Under the pieces are notes generated by a model. The model had not been told where the DNA came from. It saw nothing but the letters and a program-made list of their open reading frames with translations, and searched no databases. A stretch of DNA of 64,000 nt from Rhynchopus sp. YZ270_cl-10 (lineage: Eukaryota): contig OZ037841.1 in assembly GCA_964035575.1 (NCBI GenBank), positions 1,798,001-1,862,000 of the forward strand. Direction: 5' to 3'. The position numbers and the translations under genes are program-made. Below, piece by piece: positions 47,714-60,679 of the stretch; position 1 is the first letter of the stretch; every line of letters begins with the position of its first letter.

Positions 47714-48627
47714 ATAGAGTAAAGTGACATCAGCCAGCATACGCGTCATAGCAATTCTCATCAGCAAAACCCACGTTAGTTAGGGAGGGTTTATGAAGCT
47801 TTACAGCTTTTAGGGTTGGGATCACTGTCACACGAGGTCTTTGCATTTCAAGTCAACGTTCTCGGTTGACAATCCCACAACGTTCAGCCACCTCGCAGGC
47901 GCAGGGCAGTGGCTTCCCCGTGCACGGAGCTTGACAATCGTGCACCAAGAGTTGGGTGCAGGGAACGAGAGTACCTGAAAGCTTCACAGCTCTTCAGCAG
48001 AAGGTGGGTCGCCGGCGGATGGGAGGTTGTGTACCGTCCCCGTCCACATTATGGTACGGGTAACCAGGGGTGCATGTGATACAGCATTTGTCGTGTTTGA
48101 GATTCACTTCATTCCTTCTTTTGTGTAGGGTTTCACCTCTCGTGTTACTTTATTGGCCGCAGGTTTGTGCTTTCATCCGGAGGCTAGCATCGTACGTGGG
48201 TCAGTCGGAGGTCCCTGCATCAACTACTTGGTTCTTTTGCACTTTTGTTTCCACAAAAGACATCGTTGCAAAACTGCAATACCTTCCCTCATGTTCAGCA
48301 GCATTGATTTTTGTTTTATTTTGAGGGTCACACTCGTCGTCTTTCTTAAGAAACACGACGAAAAGTGGAAGTTCCCTAGCATGAAGCATGTTCAAAACAT
48401 TTCACCACAAAAAACTAACTGAGACTTGCATCATCTTTTTCTCACAGTCCCGTTTTTGTCCTCTTGTGCAAAGCTGGACGCAGGACATCCTCCATCTCCT
48501 TTCCTCCTTTGACGTTACAGCACCTGTAGACGGGGTTTAGGTTCATCCGGCCCTCTTTTGTCCCTCATCCCATCCCTACACACCTCATCCCATCCCATCC
48601 AGGACGTGGGTGTTCGACACAAATAAA

Positions 48628-50720
48628 ATGGAGTCGAAGATCTTAGACGCTGTGCCAGAGATCATCGAAGGTGTCGTAAGCAGCTACGACTGCCTCTGCA
48701 TTCCTGAGGACTGCACTGCTGCGGAGGTCATCAAAGCGTACAAAAGGCAGTCCGTACGCTGGCATCCTGACAAGAACCCTGATAACAAAGTTGTTGCCGA
48801 AAAGCGGTTCAAAGAAGTCAATGAGGCGTACCTCACTCTCGTCGACCCAGCGAGTGGCGAGCTGCGTAAACAGTCTGAACAGCAAAGTGTTGCTCACCAG
48901 GGCACACTGCGCGAGGGCATGCACAAATCGCAGCTCACGTTCTCCCTCACACTCACCATTGACGAATTGTTCCGCGGCTGCACCAAACGCAAGGAACTAA
49001 CCAGGAACAAAGTGGTTTTTGGCGATTTGGTTCCAGAGAACAAAGTGTTAGAGATCGCAGTCGAGTCTGGCTGGCGAACCGGGACGAAGCTGTTTTACCC
49101 AGACCTAGGCGGCCCTGTGGGGGTTGGTGGGCAAAGTGTGGACATCATATATGAAGTGCAGCAGGCTGCTCACGATGAATACCGTCGCGCGGGAGACGAT
49201 CTAAACCACGTCTGCACCTTAGATGGCACGAACCGCCCAGTACGTCTCTCCCGCCTCAGCAGCACACCATTGGGCACCCCTACCGGGCCGCTGGTGCCGT
49301 ACTGCAATATCCTCTCAGAACTCTGTCCGGCAAGCATCACACTGCTCAAACCTCATCCCATCCCGGAGGGCATTCTCGAAGGCATGCTTGGGTGTGGTCA
49401 GGTTTCTGGTAAGGCTGTGCCGAAGTGGGCGACGCCGAAGGGGAAGGGGCTGAAGATGCGTGACAAGGACAGCACAGTGGGGAGGGTGCGCATGCCGGGT
49501 GCGTTGCAGGCGGCTGTGGGTGTGGCGGGGGAGGGTGACAGTGTGCTGTGCAGTGTCGCGTGGAAGGTGACGAAGAAGACACAAGAAGTGGCAGTTGGCC
49601 TCGCGCCGCCCACAGCACACTGCGACAGGCGGCACTACGCAGACGTTGCGCAGGGACGCTGGGGTGTCGTGTGGCGTGCAGACGGCAAGGTGTTCACGCT
49701 CGGCAGCGAACGTGTGAAGCTGACGCTGGCACCGTATGACACGTCGGACAAGTGCCAGATTACAGTGCACCCAACAGATGGTCACATCCTCTTCTTCAAG
49801 AACGGCACTCTCCTGCACCACGAAGGCAAGAAGGTTTGTATTTTTGTAGATTTGTAGATTTCAGGGGTGGAGTAGGGTTTTTGGGCACCATCTGGTGGAA
49901 AGAAGCCATACTGAATTTTTTGACCACTTTCGAGACGGAACGGTGTTAAAATGATAAGTGCGTGTCAAGGCCCACTTTTCGCAGACTGCACTGGTCCAAC
50001 ATTAAACAAATCAACCAAAAAACACTTCACAGATCATTATTCCTACTGAGGACAAAACTGCTGGCGACGTTGTCACCATCGAAGGCGAAGGCATGCCAGT
50101 CATGCGCAAGGGGAAGGTTTGTCCACTTCCATCTCCTCTGACCCCTCCCTCCCTCCCTGCCTCCCTCCCCCCCATTCTCTTCTCTTCAGGTTGTCGGTCG
50201 TGGCGACGTGCTTGTCACCTTCTCTGCCCCACGCGTGCAGAAGCCCCGCCAACGCGAGGCTGCTGCAGACGAGAACATCGAAGGCAGCTTTGCCTCCATG
50301 CAGCTGTGGCTGACAGACCGTGGCCACCCTGAGCCCACCGTAGACATGCAGGAGTGGAGCAGCGACACTGGCACGGGGCGGCAGTACCAGGCACGCCTCT
50401 CCCTTGTGCAGAAGCGGCCCTTCAAGCCAGAAGGTGCCTTCGACGGCCAACCCTTCATGGGCAAAATGAGCCCCGTGCGCGCCCTTGCGCTGGACAGCGT
50501 CGGTGCAAAGGTGCTGCGTTGTCTGTCACGCCTCGCAGACCGCTTCCCATCAAGCCACGTACCCACTGCGAAGCCTGTCAAGCGCAAGGCAGCGGAGATG
50601 GACTCTCCTGCAGAAGAAACCCCAGCGGCAAAGGTGCAGAGAACGGAGGAAGTTGGGAAGGTGGAGCAGAAAGAGGCAGAGATCACAGTGCCTACATCGG
50701 CGCTGGACGACATCGATTAG
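48628..50720 (+). CDS. Hsp40/DnaJ class B-like protein with SPRY-like insertion and dsRBD-like C-terminal domain; exons 48628-49833, 50033-50116, 50190-50720 (606 aa)
   Basis: J-domain with HPD (RWHPDKNPDNK...FKEVNEAY). Splicing two phase-0 GT-AG introns restores the DnaJ-C motifs GEGMP and RGDVLVTF. Confidence 0.8.
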
Positions 50721-51068
50721 TTTTTTTGAAAGGTTTTTTTTTTGTATCTTTCAAGTTTCTTTGATTCTGGGCAAGGAAAAGCTCAAACAATAGGGTCTGT
50801 GGGTTCCACCACAGGGGAGTCTAGAAAGAACATGAGTCACAAAAAAAAGTCAACTAGTTACAGCAACCAAGTATGCTTCATTTATTCCTCTGCACACCCT
50901 CCTCCTCCTCTTCATCCCCACCCCATATCATTAGAAAGGCTTCCCCAACCATACACCCCAAAAACTCTCTGTGTTTCACACCAATTCTCAAAGAAGTTTC
51001 TTCATAGTTTGGGGTACATTAGGATACGTGCTTGTGTGTGCGTGCAGCAGTAATCGTAATATTTAGAG

Positions 51069-54000
51069 ATGTTCCGACGGCTGTACTCTGTCTCACATGA
51101 CGGTGACATCAGCTTTGATGAGTCTGCCCTCGAAGTACTTCAGGCTTTGGAGGGTGGTGTGCGTGCTGTGGCGGTGGTCCCCGCACCCTTGTCCTCGCAG
51201 TCAGCAAATGCCTGCACAAACGAAAACGCGCTGAACGCTCAGCATCTTGCACTGGAGTGCATGACTCGCAACACATCCTCGGACGCCACAACGCTGTCAC
51301 GACAGCGTTACACTGAGACCACTGTGTCGTTCTGCATTGCAAATGGACAGCCACATCCACAGGTTGTTCTGGACATTGACATTCCGGAGGGATCTCCGCC
51401 GTTTAGTATGTCCCGTGCATTTGCTTTGCTTTGTATGGTTTGTAGTAATGTGGTTGTGTGTCCGAACCATTCAAGTGAGACGGACAGTGATGCGGACGAT
51501 GGCACCAGCGATGAAGAGGTCGAGAATGATCTGTCTGTGGGCCATGGTGATATGTCAGTGCCGCAGATTAATGTTTCGAATGTCTCGAATTTGTCGAATC
51601 TTTCGAACAACACTTCTCGGCAGAGCAGTCCTGGAGGCCGTCGCCGCTCCTCAGGTTGGGCCGTCGCAAACGAAGCACTGCAACTCCGCCACAACCGCAG
51701 CGGCAGTCTTCTTCCCTACGACGCGACTGCGAACACGACACCCGTTTCCTCCGTCCCCACCTCTCCTACCCGAGGCAACAACAGAGCAAGAAGAGCTTCC
51801 GTGCAGTCGACCTGCAGTGTTTGTCGCACACAAACCGCACCATCGTTGGGAGTCTTTTATAAAAAGGGTTTTGTGTGTCGAGGGTGCGAGCCTGCGAAGA
51901 GACGACGCGCGGAGAAGGGGAGACGTGCAAAGGTGTTTGGGTCGCATGGTGCGAGGCTGCGTTCTGGTGTGGCGTCGGAGGTGCGTGCCTTCTGTGAACA
52001 GTGTGCCGCGGATCTGTCTGCAATGCGCAGCAGTGCACACAACGAAGCCGACAAAATGCTTCCTATGCCGCGTCTGTCGTGGCTGTTCAGCGAGACAGAA
52101 GTCCCTCTCGCTTTCAGTCTCGAAAGGGTTCTAAGCGACGGTGTTGGCAACGCTGCTGCAGACACTGCCTTCGCAGCAACCCGCACCGAATTTCTTGCGT
52201 TGTTCCCCTACTTCGAAAGCATCCCCCTCCAGTCGCTTCGCTCCCGCGTCCTTGCGCCGCTCGCTCCAAAGGCGTTGACATCAAATCACAACACAACTTC
52301 GGTTGTTTCTGCTGCAGATGTGGTTGCGGTGCTGCGTCGTGTGGCGGGAGAGCTTTCTGCTGGGGGGCGCCCTGCGCTATCTCTTCCTTGGAGGGTCGTG
52401 GCGGAGAGGGAGTGTGAGGGGCTCCAGATTTTGGATGGGGCTGGTGGTGGTGGGAGAGACGCTGTGTGGCTTTCCCTTGTGGAGCGTGCGATGCGTGTCG
52501 GTGGTGTGCTCCGTCCCCTGCTCCCAAGGCTGCGTGGAGAGGTGCGTACTGCAGAGGCAAACCAGATGCACACCATCCTGACAGAAAACGCTGACCTCCA
52601 GACGACCCTGAGGCATTCCTTCGCACAGCGCCTGCAGACCTCGCTGTCTTCGTTTGGGTGCACCGCAACAGAGGCTGCGCCACATGATTGGCAGGCATGG
52701 GCAAGAAACGTAAAGGACACTGCAGCGCATTTGATAGTCTCATCTACATCGTCGTCTGCAGCGTTCTTCCGTTTTCTTGGGTACCGTGGCGAAGAGGACA
52801 CTTCTTTGCCTCTTATTTTGCAGCCGGCAGAGTTGGTAGAAGCCTTTTCGGTGACGTTGAAGATGTGTGGGACGTACCATGGGGCAAAGATGCGGCAGAC
52901 GCAGACGCTGGGGCGGAGGGAGGAGACAGTAGTGCCACCCACGACACCACCGCAGAGCACAACGCAGTTTGAGGAAACGCTGCGGCGCGAGCGTGCAAAG
53001 GTGCAGAGGGAGACGCGCCTGGAGTGCGAAGGTTTGGCCAAACAGCGCATCCGAGACTCCTTCGCAGAGTTGTCTTTGGCAAGCGATGCAGTTCGGGTGC
53101 GGTGCAAGACGGACATCGAGGCAAAGGAGACTGAGATAGCGGCGCTCAGATGTGAGGTGTTGACACTACGCGACGCGCACAGCGAGGTTGAGGCTGGGCA
53201 GCGGATGTATGCGGCGAACAATGCTGTCTTGTCGGAGGATGTTGCGAGCTTAACGCAAGAAGTGGCCAGACTCGAGGAAAATCTCCTTTCCGCAAAGAGC
53301 AGCAGTACCAAACTGCAGGAACAACTGCGCGACGCTGAGTTGCGCATGCAGCAGGATCTTCGCGTTGCTGCAACATTCTCATCTGACTCACATCTGCAGA
53401 CAGCAGCGTCGACGTCGCTGTTGCAATCGAACGCGACGACCACATCCCACAGTGCACCTGCTGCAGCGGAGCTTGACAGAACAGTGTCGCTTCTTGAAAA
53501 GATCGACACTCTCAACTTCAACATCCGCAGCACCTCGCCTGCGGAGGCTCTCTTCGATGGCAGTGGTAGTACCCTAGTAAAGCTGCAGTCTCCAGAAGCT
53601 CAAGATCGTTACGTCCACGATGCTGCTTTTGTTAAAGTACGTGACAAACGGATTAAAGCACAGAAAGACGTCATCGAAGGTCTGCAGCAAGAGAACGCTC
53701 GGTTGCGACAGAGCATGGCGAGCCGCGGGGAGGGTGCACCACGTGAACAAAATACGAATGCGCACAACACGAGCTTCTTCTCGAACGTCACGCAGGACGA
53801 CTTTCTGCAGCGCATCCTGCACACCCCTGATCAGGAGCAGTACCTTGCGAACTTTTCTCTGTTTGACGACGCGACGCTTGCGTCCCTCAACAACGCTGAC
53901 GACATTCAGAACGACTCCGCAGCAGCAGCCCTCCGCCAGCAGCTTAACGGTCTTCGAAGTGAGCTCCGTGCACTGCGCCTTGAGTGTGCCGCAGGAGTGC

Positions 54001-56248
54001 AGAGTCTCAACGACGCGACCACGGATGTTTCCCGTCTAGAGTCCGCCTTACAGCAAAGCGAAGCTGCCTGCGAAGCACTCAGAAGTACTCTGAAGGAGGC
54101 TCAGCTGCTTGGTACTGGGCTCATGCAGGAAAACAGTGTGCTTGTAGACGAGGCCAGCGACCTGCGCATCGCAATGCAGCTCGCACAGACGGAGCAGCGC
54201 CAGGGGGAAGCAAAGTGCGCAGAGTCTGTGGCGCATATGGAACAGCTTCGTGCACAGCTTCGGGCGACAGCTAGCACCACATCTTCTTCTTCGTCACCTC
54301 ACGAAACAAAACGGCTTTTGACCAAAATTGATGACCAAACATCAGCAGCGGCGTCGTTGAAACAGAGGAACCAAGCATTGGAGCTTGCATTAGAAAGTGA
54401 ACAATCGGCACGCCATGAAGATGCGGTGGTGTTGAGGCAACGCATCCAACAGGCGCAGGAGACGGAGAAGGTGCACGAGAGAGACGCAGAAGAGCTGCGT
54501 CAGCGTCAGCGGGTGTTGGATTCTGAGATGGCGGAGGCTGCTGTGGTGGCGCAAGGAGTGGAGGCAGCGCTGAAGAGGAAGGAGGCGGAGCTGGTGGAGC
54601 GTGTGGAGCTCCACACAGCGCTGTTGCGGCGTGCTGCTAGTTTGGAGGACGAGCTGCACAAGGCGCAGACGCAGACAGCTCTCCTCACGCAGCAGGTGGC
54701 ACACCTCGAGGGGGAGTGCGTCACAGCAGCCGCAAGCAGCCGTGCACTCAAGGCACAGCACGAAGCATCGTCAGCAGAGAATGCAGCACTCCAAAGGAGG
54801 CTCTCCGCAAAGGCACGCAGTCTGGACGACGAGCGGACAGACCTTGACATGCAGGCGCTCCGAAGAGATAAGGAGCAAGCATATGAGTTGGAGATGCAAC
54901 GCGCGAAAGTGGTATGCAAAGTGGCTTTTCCCCATCAGCACCTTCAAGATTGTCTTGTTGGCATCCCCGATTTTTTACTTCTTTTCATTTCTGCAGGCGG
55001 AGCTATCTGCACAGCTTCTTCAGCAGACATCACGTTTAGAAGTGTCTGAAGCAAGTTTGGAGCAGAAGAGTGAAGAGCTCAACAGCCTTGCGTTGGATGT
55101 GCAAGAGCTGCGGCAGCAGGCGGTGCTGGATGGGGAGGAGATCCTAGGCCTGCAGCAGCAGCAACAGCAGCAGCATGTGGGCAACAATGTTACCACTTCA
55201 AGCAACATAAGCAACACAGGCAGCGCCCCACCCCGAGAGGAGAGCTCCGCCACAGCGTCTCTGCGCCTGCAACTCGACCGTGCCGCCGAAGAACGTCGTG
55301 CTCTCTGTGCGCACGTCACCGCCCTGCAGGAGGAATGTGTGCAGCTAAAGGTCGAGCTAGCCAAGCGCCGCCAGAGCAAAGTGTACCGTGACGAACAGCA
55401 GGTATGATTGTTTTTTTTTGAATTATGTGTGCACACCCCACCTCTCTCTCTCTCAGGACCGTAACATGCGTGACCACCAAAGCACCGCAGAAGTCACCAA
55501 AGCCGACGCTGCTGCAGAAGTGTCACAGCTGCACAGCCACATCACATCTCTGCAGGATGCACTCCACAAGGCGGAGGCGGAGCACGAAGCTGCTGTGGTG
55601 GACCTGGAAGCAAGGTGTGCTGCGGTGGAGGAGCGAAACAAGACTGTCGCACGGGAGCGAGCTGCACTGGCGACAGAGCTTTCTGCTGCACGCCACGAGG
55701 TCGAGACACTGCGCACCCAGCAGCAGCGTACTGCCGACGACGATGCAAAGCGACATGCAGACGTTGACGAGCAGACTGCCCGCAAGGTTGCAGCCCTGGA
55801 GGAGCGCATCTCTGGGTTGGAGGCTGCGTGCAGGTCTGCTGATGTGCGGCGCCAGGCTGCGGAGCAGCGTATTGTGCAACTGTCGCGTGAGGTTGATGCG
55901 ATGCGTGCCGAGGTGGCCAACTCCGAGCAGCATGCGGAGGACTGCGAGCGGCGTCTGCGGACAGCGTCGGAGGAGACCAAGGCGTTGCGCGAGAGGCTGC
56001 ACACCGTGCAGGAGCGTGGTGAGGTGGAGCGGCGGCGCCTGCGTGACGCCAAGCACACTCTCGTGCAGGCGGACCTGCAGCTCAACAGAGATGCACTCGA
56101 GCGGCAGGCACGCATGCGTTCGAAGTCTCCACAGGACCCTGCAGGGCAGATTGCCGAGCAGCGTGCCCTCCTTGCACGCAACAAACAGCTCCTTGCAGAC
56201 CTCCCATCCGAGGCCACACGAGGGCTGGATGACTCCATACAGGATTAG
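51069..56248 (+). CDS. Large coiled-coil protein with degenerate GBP/atlastin-like N-terminus; exons 51069-54911, 54997-55401, 55457-56248 (1679 aa)
   Basis: Three coiled-coil ORF segments join in frame through two phase-0 GTATG...CAG introns (85 and 55 nt). Confidence 0.75.
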
Positions 56249-56621
56249 TGAAGATGAGGGTGGGCTCATGAGGTAAACTTTCTCAATGAGGGTTCCCATT
56301 TTGGGATTGCTTGGGTGTTTTGTGCGTAGGTGTGTATAAAAGCTCGAATCGTTTTTTCATGGGGATTAACACAATAAATATATCTATACATTCAAAGGGT
56401 TGGTTTGGTGTGCGTGCGAGGCACGTTCAAGTTTCTTCATTTTCTATAGAGTTTGTTGTTTCCTGTTCTTTTTCTTTTTGTATTTTTCTCACCAAATATT
56501 TATATATGGCAATGGAGAGACCACAAAAAGAGCCTACCTCCGCACCTTTTGCGCTCCTGAACCCTTTTATCCTAGCACCCATACTGCCCACACAGACATT
56601 AACCACCACAACACAACAACG

Positions 56622-59556
56622 ATGATGAGGACACTGGTCCTGTTGGGGGCTGCCTGTCTGGCCCCCGCACTCGACGTGCCTGCTGAGAAGGCGTACCTGG
56701 CGGTGCTGAAGTCGACCTGCACAGACGAAGATCTGCAGGCGATGAAGATGTGGGCCCTGCAGAAGCAAATCATCAACCCCGGGCCGAAGTCGACAGGAGT
56801 GATCTCGATTGAGGGCTTCAAGGCGGTTGCACTGAAGATGACCGAGGCGCAGCTGGCGGAGGCGAAGAAGCACCCGTTCCTCGACTACTTCGAGACAAAC
56901 GACGAGGGCAGCATCCAGAGCAAGAGCAAGTCGAAGTCGAAGTCGAAGTCAGGCTCAAAGTCAAACTCGAAGAGCGGATCGCACACTGACGCGGAAACCC
57001 TTGCCACAGAGTACTGGGTGACACTGTCGTCGACGGAGATTGGCTGCTCGGGACACTTCCAGCACTGGGTGCTGCGCCGCGGGATCTCGTGGCCGGCAGA
57101 CTTCTGGTATGACGATGACCTGAACGTGTACACAGGGAAGTTCCTGCTGACGGAGGAGCAGGCGGAGATCATCCAGGCCTACAGCAGAGGCCTTGTGAAC
57201 GCAGAGGAGGCCGAGGCTGCGCTGAGCATCCCCGTGAACCAGGTGACTCTGGAGTGCCCCGACACGCAGACAGACAACGTGACGTGGCACCTGGCGGGCA
57301 TGACAGGTGACCCGAAGCACCCGGACCACAGCACCTACATGCACAGCGCACGGTGGGGACAGGGTGTCGATGTGTACATCCTGGACACAGGAATCAAGTG
57401 CGAGCACGAGGAGTTCCAAGAGGGGAGCTGCATGTGGGGCGCGAACCTTGTGGACAACCTGAACGACGACGACAGCGGGCACGGGACCCACATTGCGGCA
57501 AGCATTGCGGGTATCAGGAACGGTGTGGCGAAGTCGGCGACAGTCGTGGCGGTTCGTATTGCACGCGACGGGAACACGAACAAGCAGTCGGTTGCGGAGG
57601 CGATCCAGTTCGTGGTTGAGTCGCGCAAGGCACGTGGTCGCCCTAGCATCATCAACATGTCGATCCAGTTCTTTGGCTCGACGCTGCTGAACGACGCAGT
57701 GAACGCGGCAGCACGCGCAGGCGTGGTGGTGATCTCGGCGGCAGGGAACGGAGACGAGCCGTCGTGCGAGTACTCGCCCTCGGGTGCGTCTGGGTCGATC
57801 ACCGTGGGTCTGCACGACGTGGACTACAACCCGCAGTGGTCGAGCTTCGGGAAGTGCGTTGCGCTCTACGCCCCAGGGTTCGAGGTGTGGTCCGCAGACA
57901 ACGCGAACAGCACTGCCTACCGCAACCGCAGCGGCACGTCGATGGCGGCACCACACGTGGCGGCCATTGCGGCGGCGTACCTGACGGACCGCCCGGAGGC
58001 AACGCCTGCGTCTGTGCGTGCCTTCCTTGTGGAGACGGCGCACAGGAACCTGCTCTCGCCCCTGCGTGAGTTTGACCAGAACCTTGTGGCCCGAATCCCT
58101 TGCGAGGGGAACGCCGTCTCGTACGAGGACGTGCCGCAGGTTGTTGACCGTTCGATGTGTCCGGAGGGCATTGAGACGGAAACGCTCACGGGTGCTTCGG
58201 GCAGCGGCTACTACCTCTCCCTTGGGAACGGGTCGGAGACGACGAACGCTGCGTGCTGGGAGATCAAGTGCGACGGGCTTGTGCAGGTCGACGCAAGGTG
58301 GATCACGGCAAACGCACTGTACTACAGACTGTACATCAACGTGACGGAGGTGAAGTCGAAGGTGCAGATGAGCAACTACGGCTACATCGAGAGCGACAGG
58401 AAGCTCCACGGTGACGTGTTCGTGTCCTTCGTGAACACAAGGCTGGAAGGAGACGTGCCGTTCAACTTCTCGTACACGTGCACCGCACCCGAGGTGTCAC
58501 AGCCCGAGGTGGAGGAGCCGGTGTCTCTCTTCCCCCTTGCACACACACACTTCGGGACCACGGCGGACAACTGCAACAACATTGTGATGCGCGCAAACAG
58601 GCGCCGTGAGAGGCAGGGCACGCTCTCGTACCTCCCAACGGAGGGCTACCCGCACAGCACGGATCTGTGCTGGATGCTGAAGTGCAGGCGCTGGGTCAAG
58701 GTGCAGCCGCAGTTTGTCGACACCGAGCAGGACTTCGACACCATCAGGATGACGGACCGTGGCGAGTACAAGCGCGTGCTCACAGGTAACTACTCCGCAG
58801 GCAACTACTCGGACCTGCCCGACGCGATGTACTTCCGCAAGTTCGCGATTGTGAAGTTCTCCTCGGACGCGACTGTCACTGCGGGTGGGTTCTCGTTTGA
58901 TTGGAGCTGCGACGACTCGTACACACCGCCGGTCACGGAGCTCCCGGTCCCCATCCCGTTCCCGGAGCTGACGCCGTCCCCGAACCCGACGTGCTCGCTG
59001 TCTGGGTGCTTCGGGTCGACATGCGACTGGACGATTCGTGCTTCGTTCGACCTGTACGACTGCACGACGCTCGGCTGGTTCGGGTGCGACTGCACCGGGT
59101 GCGAGTGTGCAGCACCTGCGACGCCGGCACCGTGCCTCCCCGCCACACCGGGCTACATTGAGTACTACAGCGTGGCCACGTACTGCTGGCGCATGGAGTG
59201 CCCTGCAGGGCAGCACGCCGTGTACGAGTGGCTCGGCTTCAGCCTTGCCTGGCACGCGGAGTACCTCACGTTTGCGACTGAGGACGGTGTGCGTGTGTCG
59301 CGTGGCGGGCAGGACTTCACAGGGAGGACCATCGACACCACCGAGTTCAAGGAGCAGATTGCCTATGTCAGGTATGTCGCAGTTTGCAACACATCATCAC
59401 AACCACATCGTATCCCAACACCCACATCATGCACCACAACACAGGTTCGAGAGCTCCCGCGATGGCGACGGTCAGGGAAGCCCGTACGGGTTCAAGTTCA
59501 ACTGGGCCTGCGTTGACACTGTCGAGACGATTGTAGACACAACAGAGACTGTGTGA
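56622..59556 (+). CDS. Secreted subtilisin-family (S8, proteinase K-like) protease with C-terminal CUB-like domains; exons 56622-59371 and 59445-59556 (953 aa)
   Basis: Signal peptide and catalytic motifs ILDTG, HGTHIA, AAGN, GTSMAAPHVA. CUB-like CW...DTEQDFDTI...FSSDATVTAGGF. A phase-2 intron restores the end of the last CUB-like domain. Confidence 0.9.
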
Positions 59557-60679
59557 GCATGACGACACAATAGTCATGCAATAGACACAATATTATGTAT
59601 CATAAAACGCGATTATCATAAAAACCAAAATGCTCAATCCGAGAATCCCCTACCCCTTCCTTCCTTCCTTCGATGTTCTTACCCTTTCCTCTTTCTCTCT
59701 CATTGTTTTTCTTTCTTTTGACACAACCCTCACGTGGCACTGGTGCGGAACAAACCTCGGTTTGTCTGCACAAATCCACAAAGAAGGGTTTTTGAGAGAC
59801 TGCTGTGCGAGCCCCCTTTTGGCCCTCCGATAACGACGAGAAGAAGTCAAAAATGTCGTTACTTTCATCCTGCACATCACAGGGTTGTGGTCCATGATTT
59901 TGGGGTACTTTTGTTTTTCGTGTTCAGCACCCACCCCCTTTTCCCTGCGCGCGTGTTTTTTTTCCCTCTCCGTTTTTCTTTCGGGAATTTCTTTCAGCTT
60001 TTATTTTGAAATTGCAACGAGTGACACTATTCACACTGTTTATTTTTCATTTTTTCCACTCTCTTTTCTCGGTCCTGGGCTGGACCTTAAATTGCACCCG
60101 GGGGTCCGTTCCTCCAGAAACTCTATGAAGGTGTTGACCGCTCGAACCGATGTCTCCTACCTGAGAGATTACAAAACAGGAGGCGAGGAGGGGTATGCGG
60201 GGCGTTTTTGTGCCTTCAGGGTCTTTTTGTTTTTCAGCAACCCTGCCTCTCCTATATCACCAGTGCATAGCCTTTGTCTTTCTGTTGGGGTATGCGGGAC
60301 TTCCCCTAGTCCTCAGGGTCTAAACGCCCCTGCCCTCTTTTATGCAAGTTCACCCTGGCAGGGTATATAAATGCTGGGTCAGGCTGGCCCCCCTATGCTA
60401 TGATGGGTGCTCGCACCCGGAGCATAAATGGCCAGCGGTCAGGCCAGAGTCGCTCTACGGAGTCTCTCTGCCACGCCTTTGGGTTACGGTGTGCTGCCTG
60501 TAAGGACGTCCATGTATATCCCTAAGAGAAAGGGTGAGGCCCAACTGTCGGTACAGCATGGGGCGCCAAGAGAGAGATGTTGTGACCCCCCGCCCACCCC
60601 TTTTTGTGTTTTTGGGTTTCTGCTCTCTTGTGTAGACTATCGTGCATCAAGCGTTGGGTGCAGCGAACTGCAGTACCTG

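Noticed and set aside
52286..59255. Long antisense ORFs (52286-53533, 55453-56238, 55523-56299, 56961-58409)
   Set aside because: Antisense shadows of GC-rich coding exons.
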